Of a stretch of DNA of 44,050 nt, positions 33,801 to 44,050 are shown in pieces; positions within the stretch are counted from its first letter, which is position 1, and each line of letters starts with the position of its first letter. The notes beneath the pieces were generated by a model. It searched no databases, had not been told where the DNA came from, and saw only the letters and a list, made by a program, of their open reading frames with translations. A program made the translations under genes and the position numbers. The DNA is taken from contig NW_014040310.1 in NCBI RefSeq assembly GCF_001186125.1, forward strand, positions 47,331 through 91,380. Direction: 5' to 3'. This DNA comes from Sphaeroforma arctica JP610 (taxonomy: Eukaryota).

Positions 33801-36800
33801 CTGGTCTACGGTCGTTGTTATGGTCTGTCCGGAATCTGATAAAATATATCATCGGATAGAGTACAAGTCGACAATTAAAAGAGTGAAACTTAATACTTAA
33901 AGTAAGTGATGTTCGCACAGATGGATCAGATAATGAACGAGTAAAAGTGAACACGAGATGCCAGTGTCTCAGAACCAGCGTGCTTAGAGATAAACGTTGA
34001 CACGTTTGTGCATTCGGACCAATTGAGGTCATCAGTAGCAGTGTGAAGACATTGTGTCAGGAAATTTACCAGCACAAATGACAGATACTTCTACATATAG
34101 TATGCCCTTCATAGTTGTGTTGCGATGGTTTTTACTTTGCTGGCAGACCAAGCCCAGTCACACGCCAGCACAGTTACACTAAATACACACAGAAACATAT
34201 GTGCTCTACAACTACACCATACCCTCCTGATAGCTGTAGCTGGTAAGAGGCAGATCGTTGCCGTTGTCATCCAGTAATCCGGTTGATACCGGTATGAATT
34301 GCGGGCCCATATGTTCAACCGGGTGCGCTTCTGGTGGGGTGGGTAAAACCTGTTGCAAACTGCGTGAGTGGTGTCGTGGAGTACAAACAAGCGGTTTAAA
34401 TATCCTGTGGCATATTCCCACTTAACAGCTGCTTTGAGTTCTAGGGTTAGGCTTAACAGCTGCTTGGGTTTTAGGGATAGGCTTAACAGCTGCTTGGTTT
34501 CTAATGTATATCTTGCATCATCCACGGCAGACTGATAATTCGTCTGACGCAAACCAACGTCGCGTGGTGCACTGGTGTGTTTGTTCGGGTGCGCGGCAAT
34601 TGACACTTTGACACTTGACACGTCATGTTTAGAGATTGATGCTTAACCGAGTTGTGTGATTGGCTGTAGACTAACAGCCAGCAACAACACCACCTTCCGA
34701 CACTCCGAACCATCGCAACTTGCGGTGGCCGTTTGTCATGAGGTGACGAAGGTCTGTAAAAATGAAGCGGGGCAGGTAATTGCTACCAGTCTCCTATTCC
34801 CACAAAATGGATAAACATCGCCTCATCAATGTTTCAGACTGCTTGGGGCCGCTTAAACACACTTACAATCAGTTGATCATGTTCTCACAGAAGTGTGTCT
34901 ACCACTGCGCATGGCAACGGGTTGTACCCAAGACTATTCCAGGGCGACTGATACCAACCGACCTAGCCCAGATGTACTCGAATATTGTCTTAACCATATT
35001 TTTCAAAAGATGTGTACCACAGTGCAATGCATTGGACTATGACTCACAGCAACTGACCTGAGCCTGAGCTGCTGCGTGTCCTTTAGATATTCCGATGACG
35101 CCTTAAGCACTGGTGTTCCCGCCTGTGTGTACCACCGCTCAAAGCCATCGAGAGGCACAGACGACACCTCAGACATCACAGCGAAGAAGTCGTCTGTCGT
35201 GCACGCCTGGATGGAGCAAGTGCATATGAATAATACAAGAACATATATGGACAGGTATGCGTGTGTGTGTGTTAGTTGTAGTAATATAAGAACATATATG
35301 AACATATGTGGCAGGTATACGTGTGTGTGTGCAGTTGTATTGTGTAGTGTGTGTATTGTGCGTGTGCGTGAATATGTGTTCCGTCGCTTTGTGGTTTATT
35401 TTGTGCTACGTGTATGACGCATGGTATTTGTGATGTCCATAAGCTGAATCAGAGATTCTCAAACATCTCTGCCAAAACTTATTCTGTCAGATAGACCTAT
35501 TGCCCGTTACTCCCGTGATATGTACCCCTATACGCGTATGTGAGCATACGTGTATGCTTTGAGTGATACGAATTGATAGCAGTAGTATGGAGTAGCTAGA
35601 ACGAATCAATCTACCCATCACCAAGATTAACTCAGAGCAATTGATGAGTTATCAAGTGTAGGAAACTGAGTTTCAGAAATATAATTTCTGATGACCGATA
35701 TGGTGGAGAGGCAATACTGAAAACAGTTGGCACTACTGCCAGACTTACAAGCCCCGAAGGCGCCATGACACATAACCACCATCAGACTACCAAGAATCGT
35801 TTAAGTACGTTTATACCTGATCCACCAGGGCTTATATAAACTCGTTTATACCCGATCCACCAGGGCTTATATAAACTAAATAACAAGGACTGGCAGCCTC
35901 AAAGATACCCTTAATACATAAACATTTGATACAATTCTACACTGAAATGTAACCCCTGATACATTAAAATGTGATACAATTCTGAACTAAGTAACCCCTG
36001 ACACAATGGAGTTCAAGACAGTACTAAATTAAAACGGTGACAACGCACCAACATTCTAGTTTAGAAGTTGAGGAATCGGTATCATCTCAATGCTTCCTAT
36101 GTAGAATCAGTGTGTACGTAGGCGAAGGTACAGTGTTTCACACAATCATTTGGTTGTGAGCATGCCAGCACAATAGAGTAGAGCACAAGCACCATAAATT
36201 ATACAACCGCCTGTGAACGAGATAAGGCACAACGGCGGTAATGCCACCCCAATTTAGAAACGAGAAACCTAGAATGAGTGGACAAATGTCTACATTCAAG
36301 TATACCGCCTCCTTGAATTGAGTGCGAAAGACCTGGCCAACACCCACCTCTCAGAAAACAAACATGCGATACATAAACTTGTGGGCTGTGTACCATTACA
36401 ACCACCACAAAGCCCTAGACCCTAAGCCCTAGTCACCACTTGTAGTACAAGCTTTATCAGAAACAAATGACAAAATGATACGAAGACGAGGGCACAGGGC
36501 ACAGGGCGCAGAAATAGTACCTGACCGTCGTGCCGTTCGAAGTAAAGATCGATCGCTTTGCGGAACTTCTCCTGTGAAGTGATGTCAGATACTGGTAGTT
36601 AGAATGAACATTGCTTGGGACATACCAACATGACTTCTGATGAAACCATCGGATTCTTTGACATGCATCACACCGCAGGGAGATAGATCTTAAGCTTCAC
36701 AGAGTCACTGAGGTCCATTGCGCGCAGCTTTAAACATAAAACTACACCCTTCATGTACGACAAAGCGTCCATCGTCACCGATTGCGTACCTTCCCTAAGA

Positions 36801-39800
36801 GTGTGTAGTACATCCTTATCACCTCCGCGCCTTTCTCATAAATGGTGGCTGTGTAGAAATTGTCGATTTTCTCATATGAAATCGGCCGAACAGGATGACT
36901 CATTCCCGATTTATCCTCCGCGAACTGGCGGCTGCGTAGGTTCCGAACATCGTTGATACGCGCCACGGGACGGGAGTGGAGATCTGTGGGCAGAAATCAG
37001 AACATGAGTACGTACACGCAAGTCTTGTACAAGAATGGCTTGGAAGTAGCTAGGCACTGGTGGACAATGTGTGTGGATTGTTGGAGTATGTATTAACTAT
37101 CGAAAGCTTCTGAAGAGGTTTCTTCATTGGCGAATTGGTGGTTACGCAAACTCCGACCAGCGATGCTGCCGGCCTGAATACACGTCCATAACGAGAGCGC
37201 ATCCAAGTCCTTGCTAGATTGTATTTAGTTGCCTTGAATGATGTGTAGATGTAGAAACTAGTTCGGTCGCCCTGAAAAGAATTGGCGACAACGCATATCC
37301 CAACACCCGTTGGTGTGAGTCACGAAGCGCGAGTGCAGATCCACGAATATTGTTAACGATATATAAACAGTGCACCCCCACGCCTGCGTTGAGTGTCGTT
37401 CAGGTGTTTTTGCAGAGCAGTGCATCGTTGTGTGAGTTGTGTGTCGTGGTTTGGTCTGATCCATGCCGTTGCTACCTCGCAAATTAGTTGCTTCGCTAAA
37501 GTGCAAAGTTGAAATCGCAGACCTCGAAAGGCGTGTGCAGACCTTCATGTGAAATGAATGGCATGACACCCTCAAACATTGTCTAAAAGTGCACTTTAAG
37601 TCGGTAATCTACGGCTGCATCGTAACCTGTCATACCCGAAATATGACTCGAAGACTCGCTTGAATATAAAATTTGGTGACTGCGCAGATGCTGAACATCG
37701 TTGATTTGAACCACAAATTGTGAGTGAGTGTCTCATCATTCAAGACATCTGGGCAGGTGTTACCCTTTTATTGGTGTCTCATGTCATGTTTTCACATCCA
37801 AACTTGTTTTTTCGTTCTAGTCAAGCGCACAGGTTCCAAAGAACGTTCATACAGGCTTTTGGGCGTATTCTAGGCTGAGTGTGATTTTATCTACAACAAA
37901 ACATATCCGAGCACATACTACCGTTCTCGTGTGTGTGCAGATTAAGTCTTCGGATGCGCGTGCACTCAACATGCACTAAGTATGGAATTTATAGTCAGAA
38001 AAAGGGATGGTAGGCAGATGTAACATTGGTTCGAGTTCATTGATGGTGACTAAGACACGCGTTTCTTGTGACACTCCAGATGTTAGCTCACACATACATA
38101 TCACTCGTGCGTGCAGGTATGGTTTTGATGCGTTTCAGTTTGGCGTGTGTTGTAGACGACTGAATTCTCTTGTAATGAATCCTTAGGCTCGTGCACGTAG
38201 AGATGAAAATGGGAGCTATCACCACTTTTCACGAATTCTAGAAATGTTCACGCAAGTACATGTCTCTTCATATATGCTCGTTCTCTGTCTCAACGTCATA
38301 TGTGCAAGCACATACTCGATAACAAGCATATAAGCATACACATATAAATTTGCATACGTACATACATACAATACCACATTCACACAAATACGTGTACGTA
38401 TAGTTGTAACTAGACAGTACTAGCAAATAATGCGATTATGAGCGACCGTACAACTATATAGTTTCGTTCGCAAGCATACAAACACAATATCAACCAGACA
38501 AAAACACGCACATGCTGCATCTTCATATAAGGTACATGGACCTGTACATGTACATGTATATAAACACATATACACACGGACAGATACAAAAACAACTGAA
38601 ATCATGTGGAAGTACACACCCATAGTGAATTCTTGATCCCGAAATACTGTCAACCCTTCCTTTAAACTCAGCTGAAACCAATCACGGCACGTGATGCGAT
38701 TGCCCGTCCAATTACTGCATGAAGTCCAATCCATGCCCATTGATCAATTCCAATAAAATGAGAATGAATGTTGTTGTTTTTATCTGGCTTTGTTCGTAGT
38801 AATATGAGCCTCAACCAAAACTACAGATGTGCTTCGAGCAACAAAACACAACGCTTGACTTGGGGGAAAAAAAGGAAGAAAGTAAAACCTCAGCAATTCA
38901 GGGGGGGGGAACAGTGATCGAATAGTCCCAGAATGTGACTTACTGGAAATACTCGTGGCCCACGACACTTTCGATTTGTTCGTACGACAGATCGGTTGCG
39001 GTGTCTGAGGAGTGTGAGAGTGGGGTTGGTAGCGTAAATACTATATTCGAGCATTGGACCAATCGATGCATGAAACCCAACAAGTTTGTGTGCGTTGTGC
39101 TACAAATATACGCAAGTGTTCCGGAGACGAATTGGGCCCAGATCAATAAAAGTGCGAGTTTTCCACTTCTGTATAACCTTATTGCAGAGAACTCTCACAC
39201 ACAATTGTCCGATCAGAGTCAGCAAGCGGCGTTATAGGTTTTCAAGTTTCGTCACTAGATTGTTCATGCGAACATTCGTTCAAAAAATAAATGTACCTAT
39301 TCGGTCCAAATCAGTCTCGGACTATCTCTCGGATTTCAGTCCGCCTGAAATACATTTCAAATGTTATGCAATTTGCGCTACAATAATAACTTCCGGCAAT
39401 AAGAAGAACAAGTACAATTGAACACGAAGCTATTTATATATTTGCGCATGTATCAGATTGTACTGCTTTACCTGGGGAAGCGAGCACTAGCCGGGAATTG
39501 AAGACATTGAGAGACTTATTCTCCATCGCACCCATATTGAAGTCATCCACGGCCACAATATTGAACAAATCGAGATCGTATTCCAAGCCAAACCGATCTT
39601 CGTCCCTGCAAAATTAGATGCAAGACGTTATGTTTGGGATAAGGAATCATATTCATCAATTATGTCCGGGAGATACATATGAAACATGGCACTTTAAGAA
39701 TAAACAACAATCTTGTGCCAGATAGCAAACGGGATATCAATATTACATGATGCATTGGAGTCGTAGGAAGGCCATTGCGTATCAGAAGTGTGCATTTGAT

Positions 39801-41402
39801 TGGATGAGAGAATTTTTCTTAAGTATGACTTATTGAGTGCGTCGCTCGCTAATCTGTTTCGCGGTTGTAGGCTGTACACTCAACGGATGTTATACATATG
39901 CAAACGTATGCTCATCACATATGGGTTTGCCGCATCATTTATTTCCGTGCAAATATAATCCCACAACCAAAACCCATCGAAAAGGAGGACACAATACTCA
40001 CCATTTCATTGCGCGTTGGAGACTGTACATTGCATGGGCTGTGAGATGGGCGTTATGTGGGTCTGTCCAGATGACCAAATCAACATTTTTTCCCTAATCA
40101 AAATATGGAAATAAACTAAATACTTGAATAAACATGTTCATCTGTAAACGGTGACCAAATTTAAAAAAAAGGATTAGAATAAATGCCCGATCCTTCAATA
40201 ATCTAATTTTCATGACCCTCTGACGCAAGTGGATCATAGAATTAATATTAGTCAAAGAGGGGCAAGAAAACTAAATTCTCTTCCCGTCATCCAGAAGGTC
40301 ATGCCATGTACTTGTAAATTATGCCTTCCCAATAACTAGTAAATTCTTCGTAGTTCCCCTATCCTAATATTGCCCCAAATTCCGAAACGACCCTCTCTAC
40401 ACTTGTCAATGGACATTTGTTTTCGATGGCGAGAACCGCTGTGACATCAAAATCACGATTCGTTCGTTTAAATACCGATTGACGTACTGTGTATTTACAA
40501 ATACTACAACTACCCACAGGCAAATAATGAAATCATCCTCATCGTTGTGCTCCTTTGCTCAGGGACAAATTGCAGTGTACCACATGCAACGATATAAAGT
40601 CGAGGCGCAGATGGGGTACAACCAAACAAGCCATAGTCAAAGCCAAATCCACAGCCACAGCCACAGCCACAGCCACAGCCACAGATACAGTCACAGCCAT
40701 AGCCACAGACACAGATACAGACACAGTCACAGCCATAGCCACAGACACAGATACAGACACAGATACAGACACAGCCACGTTAAAGAACAAGGCAGAGCAC
40801 ACAAATCAAAACACCACAGAACAACCGCACAATACATCCCATTCTGCACTAGGTTACAATAGAACACCACATGACACACCACCACGCACACTATCACATT
40901 CTACACTAGATTACAATAGAACACCACATGACACACCACCACACACACTATCACATTCTACATTAGGTTACAATACATGGCACACCACCACACATACTAT
41001 CACATTCTACACTAGGTTACAGTACAACACCACATGCCACACCACCACACGCACTATCGCTACTGAGCCGAGTACACGCTGGACGTAAGTAGTGACAGGT
41101 AAAGATTGAACACAAGCTAAGTTGATATATACATAATTCACTAATATATTCGGGTCCACCAAGTGTCACATCGCATACCTACCGATTGCGTGCAAAAAGT
41201 GTCCCTTGTAGCCGTGAGATTGCCTGCAACGAGAGCGAACAGGTAAGATGGCTTGGGCCAGGGATCGTGCCACGTCGCCGAATGCATCGAACTGTCCTTC
41301 GACGAAACCTTCTGCGATACATTAACGGATATGACGCCGTGTTTTCGTACTTTGTATGAATGCGGTGTCTGAGAGTATATATTTATATATATGTATATTT
41401 AT

Positions 41403-41466
<64 letters not shown>

Positions 41467-43622
41467 NNNNNNNNNNNNNNNNNNNNNNNNNNNNNNNNNN
41501 NNNNNNNNNNNNNNNNNNNNNNNNNNNNNNNNNNNNNNNNNNNNNNNNNNNNNNNNNNNNNNNNNNNNNNNNNNNNNNNNNNNNNNNNNNNNNNNNNNNN
41601 NNNNNNNNNNNNNNNNNNNNNNNNNNNNNNNNNNNNNNNNNNNNNNNNNNNNNNNNNNNNNNNNNNNNNNNNNNNNNNNNNNNNNNNNNNNNNNNNNNNN
41701 NNNNNNNNNNNNNNNNNNNNNNNNNNNNNNNNNNNNNNNNNNNNNNNNNNNNNNNNNNNNNNNNNNNNNNNNNNNNNNNNNNNNNNNNNNNNNNNNNNNN
41801 NNNNNNNNNNNNNNNNNNNNNNNNNNNNNNNNNNNNNNNNNNNNNNNNNNNNNNNNNNNNNNNNNNATACATACATAATACATATATATATATATATATA
41901 TATACATGCATATCAAGTACTAAGGACAAAAATTGGCAAAAACTATTCGTGATAAGAAAATCGTAAGATTGCTTGCTTCAATCGCGTTCATGCATATGTG
42001 CAAGTTTGTTTGCAAGTCTGTTATACGTATGCATTAAAGCTCGCATAAGTTTATCTATGTTTTCGATTGCGAATACCACCAACAACCGTTTTATGCAATC
42101 GAGCACGATGTTGTGTCTGGTGCAAAGGCTCTCTGCTACATTCTACACACGAGGATGGCTGGCTATGTGTCCCGGGTTATTAGAATAACTCTGTTGATTG
42201 ATCAACACCAAACTTACCTGTTTAGATACCAGGTTGCCATTGCTTAGCATCACGGGGAACTTTTCCCTGTCAGCGTGAATGGTGGTGGTGTAGGTGCTCA
42301 TCACATCAGGTCGGTCGGGGAAGTATGTAATGCGTCGGAATCCCTCTGCCTCGCACTACAGTAAGAAGCAGTACTCACAATTATTGGTAATCATAAGGAA
42401 TCAATTGTATATTTGTTGATGTCATCGCAGGTGTCAGAACTACAAGCGCAATGGTGATGCTAAGTCAAAACTAAGGTAACTGATTCTGAGATGATGAGGG
42501 GTCACACTCACAATTCCCGTTAGGTGAGTGAAAAAATCTCAGTCGATAGGCAAAGTCTGTGATGGATTAGTTTTCCACGCACTGTAGAGAATTTGGGATC
42601 TTGATACTCTATTTCCAGGATCATACTATTGATGAGTTCCTTCCGTGGACGGGAGGTTACCATATATGATGATGTGCAGTGTTCTATCATGATACACTGA
42701 TTTTTAGTGTGAGCTGTGATGATCCCGGCCCACTCGCACAGAAAGCAACTGGGAATAAAAAATCCCTTTCTCTTATTCCCGTGTTTAAATTTTTATCTAT
42801 AGCCCCAAGGGTATGTAGATTGGGTGGCTGAGCACAAATTTCTACGGTGCTCGATAGCAAAGGACATGAATATATATGTATATTGACATTGAATTGATAC
42901 ATTTTGACACTGCAGACATAAGTAGGTTTTCAACCCTCCAACATGTACTTTCTAAGTTTCAAGCCCATGTTCTGCAGCTGATGGTCTGACGTGAATGTGA
43001 TGCGCAAACACAAATTCACTGCTACTGCGATCAACAGGTACCCCTGAGAGAAATCAATTGATGTCTCTAAATCGGTCCTTGACACGTGGACACGCACAGA
43101 CCCTTGTGGCATGGATGTGTGGCTCATTTGGTTATTCCGTGTGCCCCTCTCGTCTCGCCTTGGCTCATGTGTGTGCTGTGACTCTAATCCAAGTGCAAAC
43201 CACAATTGTTTCCAACAATATCTTTATCATTTACGACACGAGCCATCAGATGTTTCAGTCAGCACAGAGGACTGCTATGCTGTAAACTCCATACAACCTT
43301 GCCTGGTGGTAGTTATCCTTCTATCTTGGATCGGTGTGATGAGCTTTCAGAACCAATTATGCACTAACCCCAGTGAAAGAATGTACACCTACCTGCGTGC
43401 AGAAGTTGTCTCCACTTTTATAAAGTCCCGCCAATTCTGTATTCTCTTTGGCATTGAATCGAGTAGTGATACGTATCTCGGCCGGTTCTGTCACATTGTG
43501 AATCGTCAGTTTGTCCTGTTCTACTTGCATTTTCGTGTCGCCACTGATTTCCTCACCGTTTATGCATACTTGTTGTAAGCTTAGGATACTCGCATCGCCA
43601 TCCAAGATTAAGGATGTGGCAC
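25333..43622 (-). CDS. pepN: M1-family alanyl aminopeptidase N, PepN type (5'-partial)
   Basis: 22 phase-compatible exons: 43622-43393, 42355-42218, 41311-41183, 40093-40002, 39605-39472, 39004-38944, 38714-38620, 36983-36790, 36571-36521, 35206-35058, 34359-34223, 33835-33723, 33139-32978, 31968-31884 (least sure), 31470-31338, 30620-30541, 29862-29729, 29287-29193, 28038-27993, 27490-27434, 26392-26249, 25488-25333. Motifs: [56 protein letters not shown] (HEXXH-x18-E), [22 protein letters not shown] and NPQVSARL, colinear with E. coli PepN as recalled. Confidence 0.96.
26609..27098. repeat. Intronic minisatellite, ~16 x 30-32 bp, with 93-bp higher-order unit
   Basis: Consensus aaccacacgcgtcatatgatcaataaacgtc; 30-, 31- and 32-bp variants cycle in order; no spacers. 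Confidence 0.95.
27349..27400. repeat. ~14-15-bp tandem repeat x4
   Basis: ctaggtct-type units (gcctaggtct...) in a pepN intron. Confidence 0.8.
30751..31203. other. (AT)n microsatellite and assembly gap (N about 30887-31170) within a pepN intron
   Basis: AT run and N run. The flanking exons 31470-31338 and 30620-30541 join in phase, so no exon need lie in the gap. Confidence 0.93.
31975..32160. repeat. 92-bp tandem duplication abutting a splice acceptor
   Basis: accaaaaaccgcagcattatcaaatgtatcattc...aactcagaaccaa...cagttggc starts at 31984 and 32076. Confidence 0.92.
33148..33510. repeat. 17-bp minisatellite (~21 copies)
   Basis: agggattgtttgttttt repeated, directly adjacent to the acceptor of exon 33139-32978. 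Confidence 0.95.
34421..34503. repeat. ~30-bp tandem repeat x3
   Basis: cttaacagctgctt... at 34421, 34452 and 34482. Confidence 0.85.
35808..36005. repeat. Short intronic tandem duplications
   Basis: cgtttatacc(t/c)gatccaccagggcttatataaact twice, then tgatacaattct...gtaacccctga twice. Confidence 0.85.
40627..41055. repeat. Hexamer array (acagcc/acagac/acagat) followed by ~55-bp tandem repeat x4
   Basis: Hexamers at about 40630-40778; cacattctacactaggttacaatagaacaccacatgacacaccacc-like units at about 40835-41055. Both lie in a pepN intron. Confidence 0.92.
41405..41905. other. (GT)n microsatellite, assembly gap (N about 41467-41866) and (AT)n
   Basis: Directly visible. Confidence 0.96.
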
Positions 43623-43969
43623 CTAGAAAAAAGTCACATTGCATACTATAAACGCGTCGAAAAGTAGAGTACTTTCATAGGAATTAGGGTACATACTAAT
43701 CCCACTGCGATTTCCAGGCTGCATTTGTCTCGTCATATACACTATTCTAGATAAGACCATTCGTCATTGGCCGCATGTAGTTGATTGCAACAAAATATTT
43801 ATAGCAAGTCATGGAATCATCATGCTACAACTCAGTGGGCATATAAAACCTCATCTGCACGCCAACGATCACTGCAGTGTGTGGCTTATAATCCTAGCCA
43901 GTATGATCGCAATCCAGCTCTTATACACAGAAGAAGAACAATAAGTACGTATGTTTAGCTAGCAATATA

Positions 43970-43972
<3 letters not shown>

Positions 43973-44050
<78 letters not shown>
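43973..44050. repeat. (AT)n-(GT)n compound microsatellite
   Basis: Directly visible at the window end. Confidence 0.97.

Noticed and set aside
33772..34032. [16 protein letters not shown] as a pepN exon
   Set aside because: Exon 33835-33723 fits phase, splice signals and homology better.
40479..41088. His/Ser-rich and Thr/Asp-rich ORFs
   Set aside because: Products of hexamer and ~55-bp repeats inside a pepN intron on the opposite strand.

Overview
Intron-rich eukaryotic genomic scaffold with GT-AG introns, (AT)n/(GT)n microsatellites and three N-gaps. Animal-like genes alongside a PepN-type aminopeptidase suggest a unicellular holozoan such as an ichthyosporean (inference only). I spliced four genes by hand. 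(1) The 5' end of a probable ROD/KNTC1 kinetochore gene (-). (2) A divergent 7-exon LRR protein with a BC-box/Cys-cluster C-terminus (+). (3) An LKB1/STK11 kinase with a CAAX end (-), whose first coding exon I could not find. (4) A 22-exon PepN-type M1 aminopeptidase (-), whose 5' end I did not find in the window. Between LKB1 and pepN (about 15-24.3 kb) is a decayed accessory island. It holds a MITE, a long-TIR element with an internally deleted transposase-like gene, a long decayed intronless frame, a papain-fold peptidase pseudogene and dense micro-duplication 'stutter' sequence. Several introns are built from degenerate tandem copies of their own exon-intron junctions. All homology calls come from recalled family motifs, not database searches.
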